A stretch of DNA of 54,661 bases from an uncultured Clostridia bacterium. GTDB taxonomy: Bacteria; Bacillota; Clostridia; UBA1381. The stretch covers positions 1 through 54,661 of the forward strand of contig CALERO010000036.1 in assembly GCA_937907325.1 (NCBI GenBank), written 5' to 3'. The position numbers and the translations under genes are program-made. Position 1 is the first letter of the stretch. Each line of letters opens with the position of its first letter. The notes under the pieces are model-generated. The model saw nothing but the letters and a program-made list of their open reading frames with translations. It had not been told where the DNA came from and did not search any database. Positions 19,502-29,649 of the stretch are shown piece after piece.

Positions 19502-20188
19502 TTACATCTCCAGTTCAAATTCATACCTCATTGCCAGACTCTCAAACAGCTTATGCATAACCGCATTTGCCGTTTTTCTGATGTCAATCCGCATAACGTA
19601 ATCCATAACGTTTTTCTGTTCCTCCTTGGGAACATTATATGCGCTCATACTCATTGCAAGAAATCTTGAAATCTTTTTTTCCAATGTAAAATACATATCG
19701 CATTTTTTAGCCATATAACTGCACATAATCCCCGATGTGCCGATTTCCATTTCATAGAAATCACTTTCGGAACATTCGGGAAGATATGAGGAAAATATCT
19801 TGTGCAGTTCCTGTGCCGTGTGCCTGTGTATATACCCCGCCGTTTCGGGATATGAATATGCCTCTACATAAATATCACGAAGATTTTCGTTAATTTCCGT
19901 AAGCGCAAGCTGAATTGAAGTTTCCACGGCGTATACATATACCGGGCTCAGGTTTTCCTTTGCGATAATTCTCGCCGAAGCAAACTGATTTGAAAACATA
20001 AATTCCGTAAGCTCCGACAAAACGCCGTCTTTGGTGCGGAAAATATTCTGAAAGGTGGAGCTTGTAACGTCCGCCTCCTTTAAAATTTCCGCAACTGTTG
20101 TGCTGTGGTATCCCTTTTCGATAAACAGCTTTACACACGCCGATAAAATACGCCTTCTTGATTCCTCACTGTTGTATCTTCTTGCTAT
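19502..20188 (-). CDS. TetR/AcrR family transcriptional regulator, probable non-canonical ATA start
   Basis: HTH region RRRILSACVKLFIEKGYHSTTVAEILKEADVTSSTF. The only SD (AAAGGAGGG) lies 7 nt before an ATA codon. The ORF-track start at 20299 lies inside the upstream terminator, ahead of the promoter. Confidence 0.7.
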   Translation of the reverse strand: MARRYNSEESRRRILSACVKLFIEKGYHSTTVAEILKEADVTSSTFQNIFRTKDGVLSELTEFMFSNQFASARIIAKENLSPVYVYAVETSIQLALTEINENLRDIYVEAYSYPETAGYIHRHTAQELHKIFSSYLPECSESDFYEMEIGTSGIMCSYMAKKCDMYFTLEKKISRFLAMSMSAYNVPKEEQKNVMDYVMRIDIRKTANAVMHKLFESLAMRYEFELEM

Positions 20189-20227
20189 ATAAAGCCCTCC
20201 TTTCTTGCAAAATTGGTTTATATGCCA

Positions 20228-20257
20228 ATTATAACACGCAGAGTCGATATATGTCAA
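20228..20257 (-). promoter_or_regulatory. Sigma-A promoter of the TetR / giant-protein unit
   Basis: On the minus strand: TTGACA, an 18-nt spacer, then TATAAT. Confidence 0.6.
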
Positions 20258-20271
20258 GTATTTTCCCAAAT

Positions 20272-20309
20272 AAAAACAGGCTGTGAAATTAGTTTTCACA
20301 GCCTGTTTT
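20272..20309 (-). terminator. Intrinsic terminator after the SASP gene
   Basis: Stem AAAACAGGCTGTGAAA/TTTCACAGCCTGTTTT followed by TTTTTATTT on the minus strand. Confidence 0.85.
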
Positions 20310-20320
20310 CCGATACAAAC

Positions 20321-20494
20321 TTACTTATGGTTTTTCTCGTATTCTTCAACCATTTTCTTGACCATTCTTCCGCCGATTGAGCCTGCCTGCTTTGCGGTAA
20401 GGTCTCCGTTATAATTCTCGCCCATTGTTACGCCGACTTCTCTTGCCGCTTCCATCTTAAAGCTTTCCAGTGCCGCTTTTTTACTCTTTGACAT
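20321..20494 (-). CDS. Alpha/beta-type small acid-soluble spore protein
   Basis: MSKSKKAALESFKMEAAREVGV and GDLTAKQAGSIGGRMVKKMVE match SASP signature regions. The start was set at the ATG after GGAAAGG. Confidence 0.9.
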   Translation of the reverse strand: MSKSKKAALESFKMEAAREVGVTMGENYNGDLTAKQAGSIGGRMVKKMVEEYEKNHK

Positions 20495-20592
20495 ATTTAA
20501 CCTTTCCTTTCCGTGCCGTAGCACAAAGCAAATTTTTAAGCAGATTTTATCTGTCTGCTGATAATTTGCCCCGATTTTGAAAAATTATACCG

Positions 20593-22605
20593 TCAATTCA
20601 TAACAATTTTATCTATAAAAAGCTTTTTACAGCGCTCGCGCAGTTTTCCGCATTGAATATTTCCGCTTATTATATCCTTTGCCGCCTGCTGTGCGTCACG
20701 CAGAATGTCGCCGTCCTCGAACAGATTTGCGATTTTCATTTCGGGCAGTCCGTGCTGGCGTGTGCCGAAGAAATCACCCGGACCTCTCAGCTTTAAGTCC
20801 TGTTCGCTTATATAAAATCCGTCGTTTGAAATACACATTGTCTCCATACGCTTTTTTATAATTTTACTGTTCCCGTGAGAAATCAAAACGCAGTATGCCT
20901 GCTCTGCACCTCTGCCGACACGTCCTCTCAGCTGATGCAGCTGGGAAAGTCCGAACCGCTCCGCATTTTCCACTATCATAAGGTTTGCGTTCGGCACGTT
21001 TACGCCGACTTCTATTACCGTTGTGGATACGAGAATATCAATCTTACCGTCGGCAAAATCGTTCATTACTTCATCTTTCAGGTTGTTTTTCATTTTGCCG
21101 TACACAAGTCCCACACGGAAACCGGGAAAAGTCTGCTGTAATTTCTTAGACAGATTTTCCGCATTTTCAAGGTCGCTCTTTTCCGTTTCCTCAACAAGCG
21201 GACAGACAACGTACACCTGCGTGCCGTTTTTCACGTTTTTCTCGATAAACGCCGTTATCCTCGCACGCATATTTTCGCCCACGGCATACGTTTTGACCGT
21301 TTTTCTGCCGGGGGGCAGTTCGTCTATCACGGATATGTCCAAATCGCCGTACAGAATAAGCGCAAGCGTTCTCGGAATGGGCGTTGCGGACATTATAAGC
21401 ATATGCGGATTTTTGCCCTTTTCCGAAAGCTTTGCCCTTTGTTCAACCCCGAAACGATGCTGTTCGTCCGCAATTACCAGCCCGAGATTTTTAAACTCCG
21501 CCTTATCCTGTATGATTGCATGCGTTCCGACCGCAACGTCAGCCTCACCGCTTGCGAGCATTTCATAAGCCGCACGCTTTTCCGCCGCTTTCATACTTCC
21601 CGTAAGCATTACTACTTTAATATCAAAGTCTTTGAAAAACGCTTCAAGCGTTTCCTTATGCTGATTTGCAAGTATTTCGGTCGGCGCCATCATCGCCGCC
21701 TGTGCGCCGTTTTTCACCGCCGCGAATATCGCACCTGCCGCAACCGCCGTTTTTCCCGAGCCGACATCGCCCTGCACAAGCCTGTTCAGCACTCCTCCGC
21801 CCGAGCAGTCCGCAAGTATTTCGTCAAGCGTGCGTTTCTGCGCACCCGTAAGCGGAAACGGCAGCGAGCTTAAAAACTCATCTATACAGGTATCCTCAAA
21901 CACTATTCCCTTTTTCTTTTCCGTATTGCCTTTTATCGAAAACAGCGCAAGCTGAAGCATAATAAGCTCCTCGAAAACAAAACGCCTGCGTGCCGTATTA
22001 TAGCTTTCAAAATCATCGGGGAAATGAATATTCCGCATTGCGTAGTTTATTTCGGCTATTTTATACTTTTCACGCACCTCGTCGGGAATGTATTCGTCCA
22101 GACGTCCCGCCTCTTTTATTGCCGTTTCCATAACCGACTGGACGGTTTTCTGCTTTAAATTCTCCGTAAGCGGATATATAGGTACTATTTTTCCCGTAAA
22201 CTTACCGCCCTCGCCCTTTTCAAACATAGGGTTTACCATTTCGATTTTATTGCGGTTAAACGCTATTTTTCCGTATAATATGTACTTTTCGCCCGTTTTG
22301 AATGCGTCTTTTACAAAGCGGTTATTATACCACACAACGTTCATAACGCCCGACTCATCGCTTGCTATCATACTGTACACCGTCATATTTCGGCGTATGC
22401 GGTGTTCACGCACAGGCGAATAAACCGTAATGCTTACGCATACGGTTTCTCCGTTTTCGCAGTCGGCAATATATTTTGTTTTGCTCCTGTCCTCATATGT
22501 GCGCGGGAAAAAGTACAGCAAATCCTCAACGGTATTTATTCCTTTTTTTGCGAAAAGCTCCGCCCTTTTCTCGCCCACGCCCTTTAAATATCTTATATCT
22601 TTCAT
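20593..22605 (-). CDS. recG: ATP-dependent DNA helicase RecG
   Basis: LKGVGEKRAELFAKKGI, Walker A GDVGSGKT, DEQHRFG and QLHQLRGRVGRG. The start was set at the ATG following the terminator-like hairpin. Confidence 0.92.
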   Translation of the reverse strand: MKDIRYLKGVGEKRAELFAKKGINTVEDLLYFFPRTYEDRSKTKYIADCENGETVCVSITVYSPVREHRIRRNMTVYSMIASDESGVMNVVWYNNRFVKDAFKTGEKYILYGKIAFNRNKIEMVNPMFEKGEGGKFTGKIVPIYPLTENLKQKTVQSVMETAIKEAGRLDEYIPDEVREKYKIAEINYAMRNIHFPDDFESYNTARRRFVFEELIMLQLALFSIKGNTEKKKGIVFEDTCIDEFLSSLPFPLTGAQKRTLDEILADCSGGGVLNRLVQGDVGSGKTAVAAGAIFAAVKNGAQAAMMAPTEILANQHKETLEAFFKDFDIKVVMLTGSMKAAEKRAAYEMLASGEADVAVGTHAIIQDKAEFKNLGLVIADEQHRFGVEQRAKLSEKGKNPHMLIMSATPIPRTLALILYGDLDISVIDELPPGRKTVKTYAVGENMRARITAFIEKNVKNGTQVYVVCPLVEETEKSDLENAENLSKKLQQTFPGFRVGLVYGKMKNNLKDEVMNDFADGKIDILVSTTVIEVGVNVPNANLMIVENAERFGLSQLHQLRGRVGRGAEQAYCVLISHGNSKIIKKRMETMCISNDGFYISEQDLKLRGPGDFFGTRQHGLPEMKIANLFEDGDILRDAQQAAKDIISGNIQCGKLRERCKKLFIDKIVMN

Positions 22606-22620
22606 AGTCCTCTTAAAAGC

Positions 22621-22655
22621 AAAGGCTGTAAAAATCAAATTTTTACAGCCTTTTT
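22621..22655 (-). terminator. Hairpin between yloV and recG (terminator/attenuator)
   Basis: Stem GGCTGTAAAAAT/ATTTTTACAGCC followed by TTTGCTTTT on the minus strand. Confidence 0.5.
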
Positions 22656-22658
22656 ATA

Positions 22659-24368
22659 TCACTCTACGCCTATTACATAATAATATACCGGCTGTCCGCC
22701 GCTCTTTAGCGAAACTTCGATTTCATCATCGGCATATTTTTCTTCTATTCTTTTTGCAATTTCCTCTGCCTGTGCCTTTTTAACATCTTTTCCATAATAG
22801 AGCGTTATATATTCCGTATCCTCGTCCGCAAGAGTGTCCGCCAAATCCGCAAGAACGTCCTCCGCATTTTCGCCGACAACGGATATATCACTGCCCGATA
22901 TTCCGAGAATATCGCCTTTTTTGATTTCTCTGCCGTCTATTTCGGTATCACGCACGGCGTACGTTATCTGTCCCGCACGCACTCCCTGCACCGCTTTGTT
23001 CATTGCTTTTTCGTTTGTTTCGGCGTCAAGCTTATCGTTATAAGCAGTAACGGCGCTTATGCACTGCGGTATGTTCTTTGTCGGAATAACGACAATTTTC
23101 TTGTCCGCCGCAAGCTCTGCCGCCTGATTTGCCGCAAGAATGATATTTTTATTGTTCGGGAAAACGTAAACCGTCTTTGCCTTTACCTTGCTTACCGCCT
23201 TTAAAATATCATCGGTGGACGGATTCATTGTCTGTCCGCCCTCTATCACCTTGTCAACGCCCAAATCCTTTAAGATTTTAACAAATCCCTTTCCTGCTCC
23301 GACCGCCGCAAAGCCGACCTCTTTAAGCTCCGCCTTTTTCTTGGGAGCAGTCTTTTCCTTATCCGGCTTTACCTCCGCCGGCTTGGTAGCTTTCGGTTTT
23401 TCCGTCTGCGGTGCGTCGCTTATAATGGAATTATGCTGATGCTTCATATTATCTATTTTAAGATTTATAAGCTCGCCGACCTTAAGCGCCTCCTCAAGTA
23501 CAAATCCCGGATGATTGGTATGGATATGTACCTTTACTATATCGTCATCATCTATTACAAGCATACAATCGCCCTTTGGCGATATTGTATTTCTGAAATT
23601 ATCCACGGGAGAACCCGTTTCTTTCTTCTCGATAATGAACTCCGTACAGTATGAGAATTTTATATCCTCAGTTTTGATATTCTCCTGTGCCTTTTTCTTA
23701 TGCTGTACCTCGGGAGCGGCATCGCCGCCCTCTTTTTCGATAACTTTACCGGTTTTAAGATATTCCAAAGCACCCTCAAGCACAAATATCCAACCCTGTC
23801 CGCCTGCGTCAACAACGCCTGCCTGTTTCAGTGCCGGGAGCTGTTCCGGGGTTTTTGCAAGCGCTTCTCTGCCACGCTCAACGGCGCTTTCGAGAATAAG
23901 CGTTATATCCTCCTCGGTGCTTGCTTTCACCTGCGCACCCGCAGCCGCCTCACGTGCCACGGTGAGGATAGTTCCCTCGGTAGGTTTCATAACGGCTTTG
24001 TACGCCGCCGCAGACCCTTCAGCCAGTGCCGCCGCAAAGGCTGTGCCGTTACACTCTTTCATTCCTTTCATACTTTTCGATATTCCTCTGAAAAACTGTG
24101 AAAGGATAACTCCCGAATTTCCTCTTGCACCTCTTAATGCCGCAAAAGCCATAGTATCCGCCGATTTTGTCACCGTAGACGGTTTCTTTGACAAAAGCTC
24201 CTTTGAAAGAGCCGTTATGGTAAGCGACATATTTGTTCCCGTATCGCCGTCCGGCACGGGAAATACATTCAAATCATCAACTGTTTGTTTATTATTATAC
24301 AGATTATTCGCACCCGAAATTATCATCTGCGAAAAAATCTCTCCGTCCAGAATATTAATTGTACTCAC
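22659..24368 (-). CDS. DAK2 domain fusion protein (YloV family)
   Basis: NVFPVPDGDTGTNM and GARGNSGVILSQ are Dak phosphatase-domain motifs. The gene has the conserved position after asp23 and before recG. Confidence 0.9.
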   Translation of the reverse strand: MSTINILDGEIFSQMIISGANNLYNNKQTVDDLNVFPVPDGDTGTNMSLTITALSKELLSKKPSTVTKSADTMAFAALRGARGNSGVILSQFFRGISKSMKGMKECNGTAFAAALAEGSAAAYKAVMKPTEGTILTVAREAAAGAQVKASTEEDITLILESAVERGREALAKTPEQLPALKQAGVVDAGGQGWIFVLEGALEYLKTGKVIEKEGGDAAPEVQHKKKAQENIKTEDIKFSYCTEFIIEKKETGSPVDNFRNTISPKGDCMLVIDDDDIVKVHIHTNHPGFVLEEALKVGELINLKIDNMKHQHNSIISDAPQTEKPKATKPAEVKPDKEKTAPKKKAELKEVGFAAVGAGKGFVKILKDLGVDKVIEGGQTMNPSTDDILKAVSKVKAKTVYVFPNNKNIILAANQAAELAADKKIVVIPTKNIPQCISAVTAYNDKLDAETNEKAMNKAVQGVRAGQITYAVRDTEIDGREIKKGDILGISGSDISVVGENAEDVLADLADTLADEDTEYITLYYGKDVKKAQAEEIAKRIEEKYADDEIEVSLKSGGQPVYYYVIGVE

Positions 24369-24371
24369 CCC

Positions 24372-24734
24372 TTAATCAACTCTTACGCCTTCAACTCTGA
24401 CGTTCACCTTGTTTACACGCAGTCCGATTGTGTGCTCCAGCGTATACCGCACACGGTTTACAATGCTCTTGCAGGTGGTGTTTATGTTTATACCGTATTC
24501 GACAATTATATGCATATCAACGATTATGCCGCTGTCCTCAATCGTAACGCTTATACCCTTCGTCATAGTATCCGCACGGAGCAAATTAACTATTCCGTCC
24601 GTTTTATTCCTCGACGCCATTCCGACAACGCCGTAGCACTTAACCGCCACTGCGCCGGCAATTTCCGCTATAACAGAATTTGAAATCGATACCGTTCCCA
24701 AAGTTTCATCTGTCTTTAACTGCATAACATTCAT
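24372..24734 (-). CDS. Asp23/Gls24 family envelope stress protein (YloU-like)
   Basis: 120 aa. GTVSISNSVIAEIAGAVAVKCYGVVGM is typical of the Asp23 family. Confidence 0.9.
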   Translation of the reverse strand: MNVMQLKTDETLGTVSISNSVIAEIAGAVAVKCYGVVGMASRNKTDGIVNLLRADTMTKGISVTIEDSGIIVDMHIIVEYGININTTCKSIVNRVRYTLEHTIGLRVNKVNVRVEGVRVD

Positions 24735-24820
24735 TCCTTTCTCCGATATGCTGTCTGTTTCTTTATTATTCTATTTTACTATAAAATTTCCGTTTCGTCT
24801 ATAGTATTTTTAAAATAATA

Positions 24821-24849
24821 TTGAAAAATTCAAAAAAAAATCTTATAAT
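24821..24849 (+). promoter_or_regulatory. Sigma-A promoter of the recombinase gene
   Basis: TTGAAA, a 17-nt spacer containing an A9 run, then TATAAT. Confidence 0.5.
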
Positions 24850-24882
24850 ATATGTATAATGCTTGATATTTCGGAGGGTAAT

Positions 24883-25932
24883 ATGAGTAAATACACAAAG
24901 CTTTCAAACTTTTTGTCACAGCTTCCCGACTTTGTGTTTGAATACATAGAGCTGGCGTACAACGGCGAAAGCGTGAACACACAGATAGGCTACAGCATTG
25001 ATATAAAGGTATTTCTTGAATATCTGAGAAAATTCAAATTCAAGGACGTTGCCGCACTCGAGGATTTTACGCCTGCGCATATGGAGCAGGTCACACTGCG
25101 TGATCTGACGGCGTTTCAGGCATATCTGCGTGAGTACGAGGCGGATATTGTAACGCTCGACGGACGGCATATGAAATGCACGCGCAGAAACAGCGAATAT
25201 GGCATAAACCGCAAGCTTTCCGGCATACGGGGATTGTTTTCGTATATGTACAAAAACGATATGCTCACGCAAAATGTGACGGACAAAATAGATTTCAAAA
25301 AGATACATCAAAAGATGAAACGTCCGCTGTCATCACAGGAAACGGTCGCTCTTATAGACTGCATCTATAACGGCGGGAACTATTTTACGGGTCGTGACCT
25401 TGCAGAATACGAAAACCGCCGTCTGCGTGACGTTGCGCTGTTTACGGCGTATCTCGGCACGGGCTGCCGTGTGAGCGAGCTTATAAATCTTGATATTACG
25501 GACGTGGATTTCGACTCCTCCTCGTTCATCGTAACACGAAAAGGCGGCGATCAGCAGGAGGTGTTTATGCCCGTACAGGTGGAAAACGAGCTGTTTGCAT
25601 ATATGCAAAAGCGCCTTGAAACAGAAAACGCAAAAGACGAAAAAGCGCTGTTTTTAAGCCGTCTGGGAAAGCGTATGACGGCGCAGAGCGTTGAGAAAAA
25701 CTTAAAGAAATACTGCCATGCCGTCGGCATAACCGACCCCGACAAAACACGCCCCCACGCACTGCGGCGAACGTTTGCGTGCAATCTGATAGCGGACGGC
25801 ATAGACATAAAAATGGTTGCCGAGCTTATGGGGCACAAAAACATTGAAGTAACTCACAAATATTATGCGCAGTACGCCTCGCAAAAGCGCAAAGAGGTTA
25901 TGCGCAGTTATGATATTATGGGCAAAAAATAA
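24883..25932 (+). CDS. Tyrosine-type site-specific recombinase/integrase (XerC/XerD-like)
   Basis: C-terminal catalytic region GCRVSEL, HALRRTF, MGHKNIEVTHKYY (R..HxxR..H..Y). The start was set after the GGAGGG RBS. Confidence 0.85.
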   Translation: MSKYTKLSNFLSQLPDFVFEYIELAYNGESVNTQIGYSIDIKVFLEYLRKFKFKDVAALEDFTPAHMEQVTLRDLTAFQAYLREYEADIVTLDGRHMKCTRRNSEYGINRKLSGIRGLFSYMYKNDMLTQNVTDKIDFKKIHQKMKRPLSSQETVALIDCIYNGGNYFTGRDLAEYENRRLRDVALFTAYLGTGCRVSELINLDITDVDFDSSSFIVTRKGGDQQEVFMPVQVENELFAYMQKRLETENAKDEKALFLSRLGKRMTAQSVEKNLKKYCHAVGITDPDKTRPHALRRTFACNLIADGIDIKMVAELMGHKNIEVTHKYYAQYASQKRKEVMRSYDIMGKK

Positions 25933-25935
25933 GTG

Positions 25936-25964
25936 TTTACTTTCACGCTTTAATATGGTATAAT
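25936..25964 (+). promoter_or_regulatory. Sigma-A promoter (extended -10) of the yerC-like/methyltransferase pair
   Basis: TTTACT, a 17-nt spacer ending in TGG, then TATAAT. Confidence 0.55.
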
Positions 25965-25989
25965 GATACAGTAATATAATAAATAGCAG

Positions 25990-26295
25990 GTGATTGATTT
26001 GAAGGATTTACGAAACGAACACACAGACACGCTCATGAAGGCAATTCTGCAATTAAAAAACATTGACGAATGTTATGATTTTTTTGTTGATTTATGCACA
26101 ATATCGGAAATACACTCCATGAGCCAGCGAATGGAGGTTGCGCTTATGCTTGCGGAAAAGAAGATATACTCCGACATTGCCGCACAGACAGGTGCCTCCA
26201 CCGCAACGATAAGCCGTGTCAACAAATGTTTAAATTACGGCAATGACGGCTATAATTTAGTAATCGGACGTCTTAAGGAGCAGGATAATGAATAG
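25990..26295 (+). CDS. YerC/YecD family TrpR-like protein
   Basis: FFVDLCTISEIHSMSQRMEVA and TGASTATISRVNKCLNYGNDGY match the YerC/YecD family. The start may instead be the TTG at 25999. Confidence 0.8.
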   Translation: MIDLKDLRNEHTDTLMKAILQLKNIDECYDFFVDLCTISEIHSMSQRMEVALMLAEKKIYSDIAAQTGASTATISRVNKCLNYGNDGYNLVIGRLKEQDNE

Positions 26296-27025
26296 CTACG
26301 GAGAATTTGCCGAAATTTACGACTATCTTATGCACAAAGACATTAATTACGAGCATCTTGCCGACTATATCGAAAATATTTTCTCGCACTACGGCGTAAA
26401 CCCCGATTTGGTGTGCGAGCTTGCGTGCGGTACGGGAAATGTAACTATTCCCCTTGCAAAGCGAGGTTACGATATGACCGCAATAGATATTTCCGAGGAT
26501 ATGCTCGGCATTGCACGCAGAAAATCGGAGGGACTTGACATTCTATATCTTAATCAGAATATGACGGACCTTGATTTGTACGGAACGATGGGCGCATTTT
26601 TATGTATGATAGACGGAATAAACTATGTTCTTCCCCCGAAGTCGCTCCTTAAAATGTTTACACGTATGAAAACCTGCTTTATGGATCCGGGCGCACTTTT
26701 TATATTCGATATAAGCACACGCTATAAATTAAAGCAGATTGTCGGAAACAACACTTTCACCTATTCCGATAAAAACGTGTTCTACACCTGGCAGAACAGA
26801 TACATAGACGGCAGAAATATTTCGGATATGCTTATCACTTTTTTTGTCCGCACAAAAAATAATTACAAGCGGTTTGAGGAACGTCATCTTCAGCATGCAT
26901 ATTCCGTATCGGAGCTTAAAACACTGCTTAAAAAGGCAGGATTTGAAAATATTGACATCTACCGTCCGTATACATTTGAAAAGCCCGATGATACAGATGA
27001 AAGAATTGTGTTCGTATGCTCGTAA
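26288..27025 (+). CDS. Class I SAM-dependent methyltransferase
   Basis: Motif I VCELACGTGNVT plus an acidic residue after beta-2 (AIDISEDM). The gene overlaps the yerC-like gene by 8 nt. Confidence 0.8.
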   Translation: MNSYGEFAEIYDYLMHKDINYEHLADYIENIFSHYGVNPDLVCELACGTGNVTIPLAKRGYDMTAIDISEDMLGIARRKSEGLDILYLNQNMTDLDLYGTMGAFLCMIDGINYVLPPKSLLKMFTRMKTCFMDPGALFIFDISTRYKLKQIVGNNTFTYSDKNVFYTWQNRYIDGRNISDMLITFFVRTKNNYKRFEERHLQHAYSVSELKTLLKKAGFENIDIYRPYTFEKPDDTDERIVFVCS

Positions 27026-27040
27026 AATCGTTTTAAATCC

Positions 27041-27069
27041 TTGCTTTTTTGGGCAAAATGTGATATAAT
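27041..27069 (+). promoter_or_regulatory. Sigma-A promoter of gyrA
   Basis: TTGCTT, a 17-nt spacer ending in TGA, then TATAAT. Confidence 0.55.
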
Positions 27070-27129
27070 TTATAGAGTATTATTAACGAAAATCAAACTT
27101 TAAGCCGCATAGGCGGAATGGAGATTATT

Positions 27130-29649
27130 ATGGCGAAAAAATCCAAAGACAAAGAACTGGATATGTCCGTGATTGAAAACCAAACGGTGGTTAATGTCGA
27201 TCTGGACAAAGAAATGAAAAAGGCGTATATCGACTACGCAATGAGCGTTATCGTGAGCCGTGCGCTCCCCGATGTGCGTGACGGTATGAAGCCCGTTCAC
27301 AGACGTATTCTCTACGATATGTACGAGGGCGGTCTTTTATACGAAAACGATTTCAGGAAGTCTGCAACAACGGTCGGCGACGTGCTCGGTAAATATCATC
27401 CGCACGGCGACGCATCGGTATATGACGCAATGGTGCGTATGGGACAGGATTTCTCACTGAGGTATCCGCTCGTTCAAGGCAAGGGAAACTTCGGTTCGAT
27501 TGACGGCGACCCCCCTGCCGCATACCGTTACACAGAGGCGAAAATGTCCAAGATTTCCGCACTTATGCTGACGGATATTGAAAAGAACACGGTTGATTTT
27601 GTACCGAACTTTGACGATAAGTTAAAAGAACCGGACGTTCTCCCGTCACGGTTTCCGCAGCTTCTCGTAAACGGAAGCGCTGGTATCGCCGTAGGTATGG
27701 CTACAAACATTCCGCCCCACAACCTTACCGAGGTTATCGACGGCGTAATAGCCTGCATCGACGATCCTATGATAACGATTGACGAGCTTATGAACTACAT
27801 CCCCGGTCCGGACTTCCCCACAGGCGGAGTTATTATGGGCAAGAGCGGTATACGCCAGGCGTATACCACGGGCAGAGGAAAAATCACCTTAAGAGCAAAA
27901 GCCGAAATCGAAGAGGACGCAAACGGCAAAGCAAGAATTATCGTTTCCGAAATCCCGTACAAGGTAAACAAGGCTCAGATGGAAAAGCACATCAACGAGC
28001 TTGTACGTGACGGAAAAATCGACGGTATTGCGTCAACACGTGACGAATCGGATGAGGAAATACATTTTATTATAGAGCTTAAGCGTGACGCAAACCCGAA
28101 CGTTGTGTTAAACAACCTCTACAAGTTCACGCAGATGCAGGACTCTTTCGGAATAATATTTATAGCGCTTGTAGACAAACAGCCTAAGGTATTAAATCTT
28201 CGTGAAATAATAGACTATTATATAGCGCACCAAGAGGACGTAATAACAAGGCGTACCAAGTATGACCTCAACAAGGCACAGGAGCGTGCGCATCTGCTTG
28301 AAGGCTACAAAATAGTTATAGACAACGTTGAAGAAGTAATACAGCTTATACGTGCCTCAAAAAATATCCCTGACGCAAAAGAGGCGTTAATGGCTCGTTT
28401 CGGACTTGATGACGTTCAGGCAACCGCAATCGTTCAGATGCAATTGGGACGTTTATCGGGTATGGAGCGTGAAAAGATAGACAACGAATACAATGAACTC
28501 ACCGCAAAGATTGCCGAGTACGAGGCTATTCTTGCCGACGAGGGCAAAATACTTCAAATCGTACGTGAGGACCTCACCGCAATAAAGAACAAGTACGGCG
28601 ACGGCAGAAGAACCGAAATTTCAATGGCTGCGCTCGATTTCGAGGACGAGGACCTTATCGAAGAAGAAGAATGTGTTGTTACCGTTACAAGAAACGGCTA
28701 TATAAAGCGTATGCCCGTTGACACATACAAATCACAGCGCAGAGGAGGACGCGGCATAACAGGCATAACAACACGTGAAGAGGACGTTGTGGAGCATTTG
28801 TTCACCACCTCCACACATAACAACATTCTGTTCTTTACCACACACGGCATAGTTTACCGCTTAAAGGGCTATCAGCTCCCCGAAGCGACACGTCAGGCAA
28901 AGGGTACGGCTATAGTAAATCTTCTGCCTCTTGAACAGGACGAAAAGATAACGGCTATGATACCTGTTCCCGTATTTGAAAACGGATATTATCTGACATT
29001 TGTAACAAAGAACGGACTTGTAAAGAAAACCGATATAATGGACTATTCACGCATACGCCAGGGCGGTTTGCGTGCGATAGAGCTTGTTGAGGACGACGAG
29101 CTTATAAGCGTAAGCCTTACGGACGGAACAAACGATATAATTCTTTCCACATACAACGGTCTTGCAATAAGATTTAACGAAACGGACGTCCGTGCTATGG
29201 GACGTACCACCAGAGGTGTACGCGGAATAAGATTAAATGACGGCGACAGAGTTGTAAGCGCCGTTATCCTCTCCTCCTCCGATACTCTGCTTATGGTTAC
29301 CGAAAACGGCTACGGCAAAAAGACGGAGCCTGATGAATACCGTGCACAGTCAAGGGGCGGTAAGGGTATATTCACCTATAAGATTACCGAAAAGACGGGC
29401 AAGCTTGCCGGAATGGTCGGCGTAGGCGAAAACACTGATGTAATGCTTATCACCTCCGAGGGCGTTGTTATACGAATGAATACAGAGGAAATAAGCACTT
29501 ACGGACGTCAGACGCAGGGTGTGCGCCTTATGAAGCTTGACGAAGGCGTTAAAGTTGTCGGCATTGCGGTAACGGATCACGAGGAGGAGGAAGAAACTCC
29601 CGACTCTGAAGAAAATACCGAAGAAACAGTCGGAGGCGATGAAGAATGA
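27130..29649 (+). CDS. gyrA: DNA gyrase subunit A
   Basis: [23 protein letters not shown], the catalytic-Tyr region [10 protein letters not shown], the GyrA-box QRRGGRG and an acidic C-terminal tail. The start was set at the ATG after GGAG. Confidence 0.93.
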   Translation: MAKKSKDKELDMSVIENQTVVNVDLDKEMKKAYIDYAMSVIVSRALPDVRDGMKPVHRRILYDMYEGGLLYENDFRKSATTVGDVLGKYHPHGDASVYDAMVRMGQDFSLRYPLVQGKGNFGSIDGDPPAAYRYTEAKMSKISALMLTDIEKNTVDFVPNFDDKLKEPDVLPSRFPQLLVNGSAGIAVGMATNIPPHNLTEVIDGVIACIDDPMITIDELMNYIPGPDFPTGGVIMGKSGIRQAYTTGRGKITLRAKAEIEEDANGKARIIVSEIPYKVNKAQMEKHINELVRDGKIDGIASTRDESDEEIHFIIELKRDANPNVVLNNLYKFTQMQDSFGIIFIALVDKQPKVLNLREIIDYYIAHQEDVITRRTKYDLNKAQERAHLLEGYKIVIDNVEEVIQLIRASKNIPDAKEALMARFGLDDVQATAIVQMQLGRLSGMEREKIDNEYNELTAKIAEYEAILADEGKILQIVREDLTAIKNKYGDGRRTEISMAALDFEDEDLIEEEECVVTVTRNGYIKRMPVDTYKSQRRGGRGITGITTREEDVVEHLFTTSTHNNILFFTTHGIVYRLKGYQLPEATRQAKGTAIVNLLPLEQDEKITAMIPVPVFENGYYLTFVTKNGLVKKTDIMDYSRIRQGGLRAIELVEDDELISVSLTDGTNDIILSTYNGLAIRFNETDVRAMGRTTRGVRGIRLNDGDRVVSAVILSSSDTLLMVTENGYGKKTEPDEYRAQSRGGKGIFTYKITEKTGKLAGMVGVGENTDVMLITSEGVVIRMNTEEISTYGRQTQGVRLMKLDEGVKVVGIAVTDHEEEEETPDSEENTEETVGGDEE

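Noticed and set aside
20189-20299. An upstream GTG start for the TetR ORF.
   Set aside because: It lies inside the SASP terminator stem and upstream of the predicted promoter, has no RBS, and the added residues are not TetR-like.
23515-24375. Long antisense ORFs opposite real genes: 23515-24375, 48949-49668, 11117-12046, 3024-3566, 1116-1796, 21023-21568 and 34315-34716.
   Set aside because: Each lies fully opposite a confidently identified conserved gene (yloV, rplL/rplJ, the FAD oxidoreductase, GH13, the zinc-ribbon protein, recG, tig). Their products are Ser/Ala/Pro- or Arg-rich low-complexity sequences with no RBS, which is typical of shadow ORFs.
24883-25932. The tyrosine recombinase as a marker of an integrated prophage, ICE or genomic island.
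   Set aside because: Both neighbours are conserved housekeeping genes (asp23-yloV-recG on one side; yerC-like, a methyltransferase and gyrA on the other). There are no phage, conjugation or cargo genes, no adjacent tRNA, and I could find no att-like direct repeats.
27130-29649. Whether the solitary gene is parC (topoisomerase IV) rather than gyrA, since no gyrB is adjacent.
   Set aside because: A clear GyrA-box (QRRGGRG) at the start of the C-terminal domain, together with an acidic tail, argues for gyrase A. The missing gyrB neighbour is noted but not treated as anomalous without the whole genome.
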